Shown: positions 37,201 through 49,379 of the stretch, piece by piece | Numbering within the stretch: position 1 is the stretch's first letter | Layout of the letters: every line of letters starts with the position of its first letter | From: Sphaerodactylus townsendi | Lineage: Eukaryota | Reading direction: 5' to 3' | Length of the DNA stretch: 64,000 nt | NCBI RefSeq assembly: GCF_021028975.2 | Contig: NC_059432.1 | Span: 28,210,001 to 28,274,000 of the forward strand | Notes under the pieces: model-generated | The model's database searches: none | What the model saw: only the letters and a program-made list of their open reading frames with translations | What the model was told of the DNA's origin: nothing | Translations under genes and position numbers: made by a program

Positions 37201-40200
37201 GTATATCTATGGAAAATGGTGCTTGAGGCAATCTCTCAAATCCCCAACCCACCCCCCACAGCTGCTTCTGCCCAAACTCACCGCCCCCACCAAAAAATCC
37301 TTTGGGGTGAGGTACCTTTAAAATTTGCTGGGCTGCAGCAGCGGCCAACTGCTTCCCTGCAGCCTGCAGGAGAGACAACAAGCCAGGCAAAGCAGCAAGT
37401 GAGTGAGGTGAGTTCAGGCACAGGGCATACCCTGGCCAACTACTCAGCTGGGCCCTCCCTGGCAGGGCAGGTGGTGCTGCTATATCAGCGTTGGAATTCT
37501 TCAAGGCTGCTTCTTCACCGGGCTTGCTCGCTCTTCTTCCCTTTCCCTGCCACTGGTGCGCCCCAGCAACTGCAAATTTTAAAGGTATAGTAACAAAAGT
37601 TTTTTTCCCCCAGGGTGGCAGGGAGGACTAGCCCAATGGCGCCCCCCACATGACACCTTAAAGTGGCACTTGGTTGTCTAACACCCTGGCATATCCACTA
37701 CTGGATATGATATTTTAACAGTCACAGCAGGGTAGCATCATAAAATTATTGAAACCCTATACTGACATTGTAACCAGCTACAGTGTTGTGAGTATTTAGT
37801 GTCATGAACATGGAAATAATGTTTAAGCTCTTAGTAGCTTACTGAAGTTCAAAATCACTGTTTTTGAGCATGTATAGAGCTAAATACAGAACACATGCCT
37901 GCTCTATTCTTGCCTTATTTAGGTAGGTGTTGTTAAGAAATATTGAAACATGAAATGTACAGGGGTACAAAGGGAGTTACTTGCTGAGGATTTGCTGTTC
38001 AGCACTGCAGATTTGTCAGTCTTTGGTGCAAATGTCAATAAGCCAGCTTTGCTTGAGCTCTTCAGTTGGCCACAGGGTTGGCCACAGTTAGTACTTGGGT
38101 GGGAGACTGCCAAGGATGTCCAAGGTTGCTGTGCAGAGGCCAAGCCACCTCTGTTTGTCTCTTGCCTTGAGTGGCATAGCTGTGAGTCAGTTGCAATGCG
38201 ACGGCACACTCTTATTCTGAAGCAGAGGAGGAGATTACTGGGGAGATGTCATTAGCTGGACAGGATGATCCTTTGGAAGGGCTTTTATGTAGCACAAGTT
38301 CTGTATGTGTGTTATTCACAGAGAAACTCCACAGTTCCTTCCATCATCACAGAATAAGTATAAAATGCCACTGTGATCATGTAAATGGCTGTAGAATTAC
38401 TCCTCGGATAGAACTTTCTGCATGTGAGTATTATTATGGGACACATCACGCTGAGAGTCAGTAAGACAACATCAGCTACTGTCATGATGTGGCCATAAGA
38501 ATGTGAAAAGTCAAATGAAAGCTTCTTTCAGATTACTGAGATAATACATAACAGGAAAAAATGACATTTGTCAAAAGAATAATCATGTGAAATGGCGGTG
38601 GCTTTTGTTCCAGTAGCAAGCTGCAGTTTAACAACAGCTGAATCACAACCTGGGTTCCTTGGGCTTCACCAGTGGTCATATTGTTTCCTAATCTGAGGCT
38701 TTACAGAAATATTTTTCCCTTATAGCTCGACGTGTCTGGAAGAACTACCTACCAGCAATCAATGGGATTGTCTTTTTAGTGGACTGTGCAGATCACTCAC
38801 GCCTTCTGGAATCCAAAGTTGAGCTCAACGTATGTAGCATTTCTAACTGGTGATGCAGGTTCCTTTATACTGTCTACTGCTAGTCTATGTGGAATATTTA
38901 TCTCCTCAAGAAATTGATGTAAGTTGTATGTGTCCAAATGGGAAGATGTAGTAAACGATTCCAAGGTGATGGATCCAAATGGCAAAGTAGTCAGAAGAGC
39001 TGAGTTTCTAGCTGTCCAGCTAGTGTCTTGATTCTTGCCTCTGGCCTGTTGATCAGCTGGGAGTTAATATGTGGAGGATCTTCTTGTACACCAGCCTGGT
39101 GTAGCAGTTAAGAGCAGCAGACTCTAATCTGGAGAAATGGGTTTGATTCCCCACTCCTCTACATGAAGCCTGCTGGATGGCCTTGGTCCAGTCACATTTT
39201 TCTCAGAACTCTCAACCCAAACAGAGGAAGACAGTGGCAAACCGCCTCTGAACGTCTCTTCCCTTGACAAGTCTCCAGTGTTGCCATGGGTCAGCTGTGA
39301 CTTTTAGTGCAGTTTACACATACACACGTTGCACAGTGGGTAGTTAGAGTTGATCACTTTCTGGCTCAGCCGCTTGGCTGAGGGCTTTTAGATTCTGGCT
39401 GCGAATTCATTTTCTCTTGGACTGTAATTCCCTGGTCTGCTCTCTGACACCTGGTCTGCTATCTGATACCCATTCCAACCCCTGGTTTTCCATAATCGAA
39501 GAAAAAATGGCTTCTATTGGACTGTCAGTGGATTCACTTTGTCCTTTGTCCTACTCAGAAGCGTATAGAAAATTAAAAGGTGAACTATTGGATAGAGACT
39601 TCTCTGCCTAATCACTGCAGCCAAAAGAACATGCTCCCCCCTGTATTTTTCTCTCCCATTTGAACAGGGCCACTTGGCACACTACCTGTATTGCTTAATA
39701 AACCCTGCTCAAAGGAGAGCCATAATGCTCACCAGGTTTAATGTTAGGCCTTCTGCCTTGTTACATGGCAGATTTATCAAGCAAGAAAAGGCCCACCAAT
39801 TACTACACTGTTTCAGATTCAAGGAATTCAGATCCAAGTATGTGAATCTTACTCCTTTACATTTACCCGATCTCCCCGATTTATTTAGATTATGCTACTT
39901 GCTGGACAATCCTGATCTTTCTCTTTGTATGATAGTGGCAGACTTTCTCCTGGAAATTACTAAATGCCAGTAGTTTTCCTTTCACTTAACATTTATTTCC
40001 TGCATTATATATGTTTTTAATCAGTTTTTTACTATTGTTGTCCTGTTGTCTATGCCAATAAAGGCTTGCTGCTGGATTCACTTTCTGGTTCATTCTAGCC
40101 ATGGAAAATATCTGTCATCTAAATTGACTTGAGTTCTGAAATAGAAGCCTGCCCTGTTTTATGATGTTGGGATTGTAATACTTAATATAATTTTGTGAGA

Positions 40201-41763
40201 ATGCAGAATAGAAAGAGTCTTAGGGCAAGCCTGAACACACTTACTGGCAAAAATAGCTTTCAGTTGCACCCATTGCAAGTAAGGATATATACAAGCATGA
40301 CTTGCTTGCTGCAAATATTTTATGACATATGTAATTCTCTTTTTTACTGTTAGGCATTAATGACTGATGAAACAATATCCAATGTGCCCATTCTTATCTT
40401 GGGTAACAAAATCGATAGACCAGAAGCTATCAGCGAGGAGAAGCTGCGAGAAATTTTTGGACTTTATGGACAGACCACAGGAAAGGTAAGAAATATGAGT
40501 GCTGTATTATAAAATCCGCACCCTTTAAGTTTCTTATCTCATACTGGAGATACATTTCAAGGTCAGAGCCAATGTGGTTTGATCGTAACAGCACCAGGCT
40601 GGAATTTGGGAGACTCAGGTTTGAATCCCCACTCTGTCATGAGGCTTGCTGGGGGACCTTGGGCTAATCGCTGTCTCTCAGCCTAGCCTACCTCACAAGT
40701 AGGTGCTGGGTTAAGGTGGAAGGGAAAGAATCATGGAAACTTCTCTGGTTTCCAGTTGGAGACAAAAGTCATACATAAATGCCTAAAGAAATTTGAATTC
40801 TAGCATTCCTGGAGAATTACTGAAAATATCCTCTTCATGCGTCTGTCTCTGATATACAGTCAAATCAACCTTTTAGTGACAGCTCTAATAATAATGACAT
40901 ATCTATCATTGAAGCTTGCAAGAGCTTAAGAGAAAAGATCTTGATCCTGGATTACTTTTGCCCCTGAAGATTACTTCTGAGCAGAGGAATTTGTGCCACA
41001 AAACTTGCATGGGAGGGATATGAATGCACAAACATTTTGGAGATCTTTTTTCAATAATTTAAAATCGGTACATATTTGTGGTACCATTCGCCTGCTTCTT
41101 TCAGTGTGATGTAAGATACTGTTCTTGAAGTTCCCTTGTATAGCTGTGCCACTCAAAAGATAGAATGGTCACGTGACATCTGTGTCAAACTCGAGTGGAT
41201 GATCATTAAGTAACAGTGTGTTTGCTCCTCTGTGTATTTGAAAGCCTAGGCTAATTAAATCTGAGAATAACAGGGCCTGTACGACATAGATGTTCCACTG
41301 GGCCTTTGGTTGAGACCACCCATATGTCCCTATTCTATCTGCCAGCCTCCCTATAATAACAATAAACCATCAATGTACTGTCACCCTTCATTTGCTTCTC
41401 CCTTAACTCTGCCCATACTTGGACAGCACTTTAATGAGGGTTTATGCCTGAGCTGGCCCTAGATGGTTCTTCATAGGTTTACACAGTGCTTACCATCTTG
41501 GGTTTTTTTTAATGATATGTGTGCTTGGGATTTTATGTGCTAGTTAAACTGTTTTTAAATATGCTTGTACGCTGCCCTGAGCCCGGTTCCAGTCGGGAAG
41601 GGCAGAATATTGAGTCAAAAAAAAAAAAACTTGTTTGACTTTCTAGGGAAGTGTGCCACTGAAGGACCTGAACACACGCCCCATGGAAGTGTTCATGTGT
41701 AGCGTATTGAAGAGACAAGGCTATGGCGAAGGTTTCCGTTGGCTATCACAGTACATTGACTGA
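34180..41763 (+). CDS. SAR1A: COPII small GTPase SAR1A, 6 coding exons, 198 aa
   Basis: join(34180..34237,36216..36335,36761..36826,38726..38829,40354..40485,41647..41763) = 597 nt. [21 protein letters not shown]-loop [29 protein letters not shown]; lies between PPA1 and TYSND1. Confidence 0.98.
35200..36170 (-). mobile_element. CR1 LINE 3' fragment (degenerate RT C-terminus)
   Basis: Minus-strand ORF 35623..35934 resembles the CR1 ORF2 end (..PHL.SC..F.SPH.KK...LE..QR..TK.I..L..L.Y.E.L..FS..GD.IEV.KI.HG.EKVD); 3' tail GAGCCTGCTGGATCA..CCAGTGGTCCATCTA near 35210. Confidence 0.75.
36216..36335 (+). CDS. SAR1A: SAR1A coding exon 2
   Basis: [39 protein letters not shown]. Confidence 0.96.
36761..36826 (+). 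CDS. SAR1A: SAR1A coding exon 3
   Basis: [21 protein letters not shown]. Confidence 0.96.
38726..38829 (+). CDS. SAR1A: SAR1A coding exon 4
   Basis: [34 protein letters not shown]. Confidence 0.96.
39091..39310 (+). mobile_element. tRNA-derived SINE (composite with a second SINE-type 3' part)
   Basis: CCAGCCTGGTGTAGCAGTTAAGAGCAGCAGACTCTAATCTGGAGAA..GGTTTGATTCCCCACTCC head. Confidence 0.65.
39670..40075 (+). mobile_element. Non-LTR retrotransposon 3' fragment (RTE-X-like, tentative)
   Basis: ORF remnant [21 protein letters not shown] followed by a T-rich 3' UTR and an AATAAAGGCTTGCTG tail. Confidence 0.5.
40354..40485 (+). CDS. SAR1A: SAR1A coding exon 5
   Basis: [44 protein letters not shown]. 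Confidence 0.96.
40566..40780 (+). mobile_element. tRNA-derived SINE
   Basis: GAGCCAATGTGGT...GGTTTGAATCCCCACTCTG...CTCTCAGCCTAGCCTACCTCACA. Confidence 0.6.
41647..41763 (+). CDS. SAR1A: SAR1A last coding exon
   Basis: [41 protein letters not shown]. Confidence 0.96.
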   Translation, partial: GSVPLKDLNTRPMEVFMCSVLKRQGYGEGFRWLSQYID

Positions 41764-44229
41764 TATTTGGAGAGATGGATCTACGCCTGGACTGATCCTG
41801 TTCACAGCTTCCTTATGGACTTTTCTATTGAACATGGAAGGCTCTCCGACCGCATACTAGTAGTGACCCAGAAATTCCTGTCTTCAGTTACCCTACATCA
41901 CAGTGGTGATACAGTTATTTTCCTCATGCCTGGGAGATTACACTCTGTACACTGGTGCAGGTTGTCACTTCCAGTGGTCGTGGTTTCCTGTGGAAACCGT
42001 GGCTTTCAGTTGCAGTGGGTCTGGTGAGCTGGGGTGAGAAACTCTGCACACAGTACTCTAGTGACTGAACAAGGAACATGTCTCACCACTGTAGCCAATT
42101 GACTTCAAAGAAAGCAATTATATTTTTAAAAGAAAGTGTTTAATGTAAATGGTGTCCCTTTTAGATTTTTTTTTCCTCATTTAACATTCATCTTGTTTGG
42201 GCCAGAATCTGTTAGGATTTTTTAAAATCTATTTAAGAATATTTAGGTAGTTCCCAAATTACTGAACCAGCTATCATGATATTCAAAAAAACTTTAGTAA
42301 ACAGAGCGGGGCTTAATAGCCTGATGAGAGGGTTGTGCTGTGTCACACTGCTTGATCATGAAGATGGTGCTATTGGGACTGACTTGTGCAATGATTTTTT
42401 TTCTTTTTAATTTACAGGGAGTTTAGTTGGGGGCGGGGTGGGGGCAATAAAACACGCACACAGGCACACTCATTCTCGTTTTCCATGTCCTTATGGGTAG
42501 GAGTCTGGTTGCGGTTAATCACCTTTGCTCACCCCTTCAAGTTACGATCACTTTCTCGCCGGCCATCTCTTTTGCAGCAGCAATGTTCACTGACGTATGG
42601 ATCATTACTACATTGCAGGCAATTGCTGAAAACAGCAGTAGAAATCATGAAATGGTTTTGTTGGGTTACTATGGCATTAAAGTGTTCCAACATATGCATA
42701 TCATAATGCTATTAATGTAAACTAACCCCTTTTCTTTTTTTTATATTCAACAGAGCTTGTGTTTGAATTTCCATTCCTGTCTCCACATCTTCATTTTTAG
42801 TAAAAAAATAATAATAATAAGCAAAAAAAAAGAGAAAAGTAAGACATTTCTCAGAGAGGTTTAAGTAGGTCTGGAAATATCTTGGCTTAGTTCTGGACTC
42901 TGTTAGAAAACATGAAATACAAAACAGTATAGCAGGTGAACGGCAGCTTTGGTACTCGAGGCGCTTGTTCTGTAGAGAGGTATATCGATGCTGTGAATAG
43001 TGTGTTGTGATTTGATTGGCAGCTGTGGTCTTGTGCCCTTTGTCTTAACAGTTGGTTCACTGAAAGAGAATAAGATCCTTGACAGTTGAAAGGCCCAATG
43101 CTTCTTGTGCTGGTGGTGATTGCATAGTACCCACAAGTGTTGAAAATGCAGTTACTTCAACTTTGGAATCTCAACTTTGCCCAGTGCTCTGACATGTCAG
43201 GGTTTTTTTTTTCAACTTACCTAAAGCTGTGTAAACTCTTTGAGTGCCAAGTAGTCCCCTGACAATACTCTTCTGAGATGTGTAATGCAACTATACTTTG
43301 CTGTCAGCGAAAGACGTTGAACGTGCTGCAGAAATGATACACTTAATTTGTACATGTTGAGAAGTCTGACTTGCAAAGGGTAAACTGGTTGGTATACTCC
43401 CGAGATGGCGGCCCTGTACCTTGATTGGAAGAACCATGAAATAACAGACTATTCCTGAAAAGGTAACTAGGCAGAAGTCTGACTCCAGGACCAAGAGGGC
43501 TCCCACTTCTAGAATGTAAGTCATTTTGTATCTATTCGCCTGTGTCTTCACCAGAATGGCAGCATATTGCAGCACTGAAGTCTGAGTCCTTGTAATCCTG
43601 TCTCTGTGAAGCCTGTGGGTTTTCTGTAGAAGGATCTTCACTCATCTATCTGTGACTTTCACTTAGGCTAAAGTGCCTATGGGTTTGATGCCAAGGAGGT
43701 GTTAAGAGAACCACATCAAACTGTAGTGGCCCAGCGGATGCTCTTGACTCCATTGATCCAACGTAAATAATTCTCTCTCCAGTACCGAGCAAATAGAGTT
43801 CTCCTACTTGGCTGTTACATTCAAGGAATGCAAATGGATGGTTCTTCTTAAATCAACATGCAACTTGCTCACCCTTACCTGAAATGGCACGTTCTGGTTC
43901 CATGCTTAAAACAGAAGACCTTGTAGGCAGAGCCATAAGATTGTGCCCTGTCAAAGCACAGCCTTCTATGAAGGTGGTAAGCATAGCCACTGGAGAAAGT
44001 GACTGTGAATGACTGCCCCGTTTCTCCCCTCTGCCTGCCATGTACTGTCAATAGACGAGTTTTAACACCTTGATGTATGGATATAAAGTTTAATATATAC
44101 TTTAGAAATTGGACTACAGATTGGAAAGTCAAGAGAACATCATTCTGTTGGCAAAATGTTTTAACTTCCCATTTCTGGAAACATGAAACATGTTTGCAGA
44201 GAGAGGTTTGTCTGTATCCAACACATTTT

Positions 44230-44235
44230 AATAAA
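44230..44235 (+). terminator. Candidate distal SAR1A polyadenylation signal (alternatives at 42446 and 44725)
   Basis: AATAAA at the end of a ~2.5-kb stretch without recognisable repeats following the stop codon. Confidence 0.45.
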
Positions 44236-47200
44236 GTTTTTTTAAAAAAAAAACTCACTTTCACACTTAGTGGACTGAATCTGGCCCAAAATGTTGGGAG
44301 GCATTTCAGGAACATTCTCAGTTTTTAAAATGGCTGTCTTAGTATAAATTCTTGCAGATCTATTTTTGATATTCTGTGTCCTTGAAGGTTTTCAGGATTA
44401 AAAGCTTTCCCACAGCAGTTCTTTTTAGTAAATAGAAATCTCCTGTGCTCCACTTGGGTGGGTGGGTGGGGGCAACTACAAAAAGGATAAAAACACTTTT
44501 GGATGTGGAACTGACTGAAAAAAGTGATTGAGAACATCTAAATCCATTTAAATCAAAGCCTAACTTGCACAAATGTATCAACTGTACTTTGTTGTGGCTG
44601 TAATATCTACAGATGCCATGGCATTCTGCCTACAATGGAAAACAAAATGGTAGATTCTGCTTGAGAGAGACTGAAACAGGGCTACATGGGTTCCAGTTTT
44701 TTTCCATTTCAGAACTGTGTGAAGAATAAATGTTTTCAGATATAGCAACCAAGGGTGGTTTTGGAGAGTGTGCCTGAATATCTACCCACGGTAACCTTTT
44801 CCTTGCAACCTGCTTTCTGAAAGGGAGGTTTACACTGCTGTCAAGATTGCAGCTCTGTCCTAGTTCTTGCTGTGAGAGTGGGGGCCAGGAGAAGGTGGTG
44901 CTGGGAGAATGTCTTGTGTTTTTCCTGTGCTTGTGTATTTTTGGCTTTTAGATGTGAAGATTCACTTCTCGCCCTTCATGGCAGGCTGCAACTGGGCATG
45001 ATCTCCAATTTGGCCTTGAAGGCTTGTACAGTGTCAGAATATTTCTAGTGAACTCAATCTGATGGGGTGCCAACGGAGGGACTGGAGAGGTCTTGACACC
45101 CATGAGAGACCATTGCATTGTAGCATGCAGAAGGTCCTTTTAGAATTCCTGACAGACAAACCTGTTAGAATTCATTAGAACATGTATGATCCATATTACC
45201 TCCCCTGGGATTATTTGATGATGGTCTTTCCCTCAACCCTTTGATGATGGTCTTTCCCTAAGCCCTTTGGGGGTAGGGCGGTTTACCAAATCGAATAAAT
45301 AAATAAAATAAATAAACCCCTATGCTAGAATTACTAAATTGCCACCTTGGGCTCCTAGGACAAAGGACAAAAGGCCTCTACATCTATTGTTATGTGTGTT
45401 AAAATAATGTGCAAAGCATAGCCTTGTGTCTGAGTGCCCTTTATGCACTATTGCCAGTTCATGAGTCTACATAGGTAGCAAGAGGGGTGAAGGGAAGGTC
45501 TCTCTAAAGCTGCGTGGAAGGAATATATCAATATCTCATTAAGGAGATGAAGCTTTAACATATTGGTAATGTATATTTTGACCTCTGAATGACAGACTTC
45601 CCTTACTCTTGCACAAATATTACCCATCATATGTTCTTTTACCAAGGGATTTTTATGGGGCTGCCACTGCATTCAGCAGAGCTGAGTTAAAACTATACTG
45701 TAAGGGAGGTATCATGTCTATTGTGTTCAACTAGAGAAAGAGGTTCAGGAGCCCCCCCCCCCCCCCCATCAAGTGACTTATGGCACTTCTGTAGGGTTTT
45801 CAAGGCAAGAGATGTTGGGAGGTTTGACCCTTGTATTCCTTGGTGGTCTCCAATCCACATACTAACCAGGGCCCACCATACTTAGCTTCTGAGATCTCTA
45901 AAGATATGGGGGTAGCCTTGAAGTTATCCAGGCCAGGGCTTGGAAGTTGTGTGTGTGAGCAGGAAAAGAGGAAGACCCAACATGAGATAGATCGGCCCTC
46001 AGTTTGCAAGACCATAATCTGGCAGGTTAAATTCCATAATTAAGGAGGGGAAACACATTTTACTCAACTGAACCAAAAACAAGGCAGCACCCATCTGTCT
46101 TTAAACTTGGCTCCTTGCATTACATTTGAATAGAACCCATCCAAGGTAATTTCAGGCAGGTAGCACTGCTAGTCAGTACTAGTAGAACAAAATTTGATTC
46201 CACTGGTACTTTAAACAGCAATAAAATTTTCCAAGGCTTAAGGTACACGAATTCAAAGCTCACTTTGTCAAAATCCCTTACGTAATGTTATCGAGGTACT
46301 ATTACTTACTGTATAAAGCCCAGGATCACAACATTTTCTTACTTCTATGTACTTTGTCTTCGTAGGCAAACCTGGTTTTCCATTCTCTTACAGGAATCCA
46401 ATTTACATCCCCTCCAGCTTTCCATTTCAAGGCTTTTGGAATTTGAAACAATTCTTTTTTTTCTTTTCTTTTTTTACTAAGCATCTAATTTGCACAAAGC
46501 GGTCCAGGTTAACTCAAAAGTCTGCAATGCAGGGAGGGCTTGTGAGGGCTCAGTTGGATGTCTGTTATACTCCTATTTTCGTGGTTATAATTTGTCTGCA
46601 GAGCAAGGCAGCTGCTCACAAGCATTCTCCAGTCCTGCAGTTAGTCCTCTAAAATAGTTTGAAGGAATGGATTTGCATCTATAGATGAACGGGTTCTTAC
46701 CCAAAAAAGGCCACACAGATTAATTAAAAGAAAAATACCAATGTAAATGACTCCAGGATATGCATTTCTACTCCAGGTTATGACTAGTCTCCCCATGGAA
46801 CCTGGTGATTGAGTCTCAGAAATTATCTTCTGAATGTGTGTTATTTGCCCCCACCTCCACCTGCATTCTGCTTATGGTTTTAAAAAAGGCACCCCCTATC
46901 CATCATCGACTCTCCCCGTGGATGTGTCAATACACATGGATGGGTCAGTACACTCCTGTACACTTTTAGGGAGCAGAGGCCACCAGAGCACTGAGAATCA
47001 CTGCCATCAGTGTATACCCAACCAACTGCCCAGGAACAAATATTACATGGAGAGAATCAGCAGCCCTGGAAAATTTAGCAAAGAGGCCTCTTCTGACCTG
47101 GCTCGTTATCTATTATCTGGGCCCATATATCTGAATGATCATCCAAGTGGAAAGAGGAGGCCATAGTGTTTAGGGAAAATACACGCTACGTAAGTTAAAG

Positions 47201-47520
47201 GGAACATTTCCCCTTTTGTATCGTAGGACGCGTTTACAATGCCAAGTGCACAGTAGTCTGGAACTGGATTGACGTACGAGAGGAATCCACGATTTGTAAC
47301 ATTACTGAGATAACGCTGTTACTTTTGTTGGACCTCTGGCATGAGAAGAAAACCTCCGATTATCAGATGATTGGGGGAAGATTTTATGGATCTGGTTTAT
47401 AGACTTTCTGCCAGCGTTGGCCTCAGGGTGCTGGGCTAGTGGGACCATAGTCCTGCTCGAACACATTCGCATGTTCTGACCTGCATTGATGAGGATAGCG
47501 GCTGCTCAGTGGGTTTAAAC

Positions 47521-47660
47521 CAGAGGTGTCCAACTCTGGCGCTTCAGATGGTCGTGGACTACAATTCACATCTAGCCCCTGCTGGTATAGCCATGCCAGC
47601 AGGGGCTGATGGGAACTGTAGTCCACAAACATCTGAAGCGCCAGAGTTTGGACACCTCTG
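47521..47660. mobile_element. Palindromic hAT MITE upstream of the TYSND1 promoter
   Basis: CAGAGGTGTCCAA...TTGGACACCTCTG with perfect 8-bp TSD GTTTAAAC (47513-47520 and 47661-47668). Confidence 0.9.
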
Positions 47661-47719
47661 GTTTAAACTAACAAGTATCTGCTCACTAGCTTTAGAATCA
47701 CTCTCTCCGTGGGTAAAGC

Positions 47720-48237
47720 CAAAGCTGGAAACCGGCCTCTTGCGCAGCGCGTCTAGAGCTCTCCTCCCTCGCATTCAGAACCGCTTCCGGCCCTGCCAAC
47801 CACATTCTCATTCGCAGAGCAAAATATCCAATCAGCAAGGGTGTCTAAGTCTGTTTACCAATCGCAGTCCCCCCGTAAACCGACCAGCCAATACAAACGC
47901 GAACAACCCTTCACAGCTGACTGCTGCCGTCCCTCCGACTTCCGGGTCTGGCCCCGTTCCTTTGTTGATGTTGTGCAACCTGGTGGGCGGCCGGTCAGAG
48001 GGGACTTTGCTCTTGCGCTCCGACGCCCTCCGTGCCCAGGTGAGATTGCAACCGAGTTGCACCTCGGTCTTGCGGCGGCGACTGGAGGCTGGCACGGATG
48101 GGCAAGCTGAGGGGTCCCTTCCCTCGCCCCAGGCTGCCTTGGCGATCTCCGAGCCCCCTTTTCTGCCAGAGGTTGCCTCTCTCCTGAGAACGGCTCTTCC
48201 CCCTCAGCTTCTCTTCGAGCTCTTCCCTGCTTCCTCC
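47720..48237 (+). promoter_or_regulatory. TYSND1 promoter and 5' leader
   Basis: CpG-rich; CCAAT at 47828, 47858 and 47888; ETS CTTCCGG near 47784 and 47939. Confidence 0.7.
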
Positions 48238-49379
48238 ATGGCCGAGGCTTTGTCATCCATAGGCGAGAAGGTGGGTTGCGTGATCGGCGTGTCACACACG
48301 CATGGCTCCAGCGAGGGACCCTGGAGTGGCAGCGGCGTGCTCCTGTCGCAGAGCCCAGGAATTGCTCTATGTCACGGGGAGATCTTCTCCCCTTTCCTTC
48401 TGGCCTCGGAGCAGCCGGACTGGTCCCAGTGCAAAGTCCTGCTTCGAGACAGCTTCTCTCCAGACATCCAGATACGGATACTCAGACCAAGCCACTGCAG
48501 CAGCAGCAAAATCAGGTTAAATTGGCATGAGAGAGACTTGCAGGTCAGTGCCCCATCTTTGAGGTTCAACCCACTTTCCAGTTGTCTGGAGGTACCTAGT
48601 GGCCTGGAGTGCCATGAAGCTGAACTGTTGATGATGGTCCCCTGTCGACAGTTCCAAGCTGCCTTCTCCAAAGTTTTTAGTGCATCTGACCAGTGGCACT
48701 TTGATGAGCACGAGGTCAGGAAAGAGACCGTTTCATGTGCGGATGAGCTGCGTTTCCTGCATTGGTTTGCCTTGCTGAGAATCCTGGATTGTGACTTCCA
48801 TGGGGTGGGGCCAGTGAACTACATTCCAGCAGCACTTCTGAGAAAAGGGGACCCGCTCTTTGCTTGTGGCTCCCCTTTTGGATCCTTTTGCCCAGACATT
48901 TTCATGAACACCCTTAGCAAAGGGATTGTGAGTAATCTGGCTGGAGAAGGCAATGCCCTCATCCTGACTGATGCTCGTTGCTTGCCTGGCACTGAAGGCG
49001 GGGGCATCTTTGCAATTTCTGGAGACAGTCCCCGACTCGTTGGGATAATCGTCTCTCCGCTTTGCTGGAAATCCAATGAATGGGTTGGCCTCACACTGGT
49101 TTGTGCTGTTGACTGTATCCTGGAGAGTATCAGGGGCATCCTCTCAGAGCCTCAACAGATTCAGAAAATCTGTTTACCCTCCTTGCAACTTATGGTTAAG
49201 CCTCAGAAGATGGCAGTGGCCAGCCCGGTACAGCAGATGCTGGCTGCTGTCGTTTTGGTGGAGTGTGGACCAACCTGGGGGTCTGGAGTGATGGTGAGCT
49301 CAAAGGTTGTGTTGACTTGTCGCCATGTGGTCAGTGGAGCATCAAGCGTCCACGTGAGGCTAAGATCCAACCCTAAACA
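48238..49379 (+). CDS. TYSND1: TYSND1 coding exon 1
   Basis: MAEALSSIGEKVGCVIGVS...VVLTCRHVV...SNPK; donor GTAAGT at 49380. Confidence 0.92.

Noticed and set aside
39091-39160. tRNA gene (also near 63410 and 25270-25336)
   Set aside because: A/B-box-like heads without a complete cloverleaf, continuing into shared SINE bodies.
45214-45316. 20-bp tandem duplication next to an (AAAT)n tail
   Set aside because: Looks like an ordinary short, truncated LINE 3' end with a local junction duplication.
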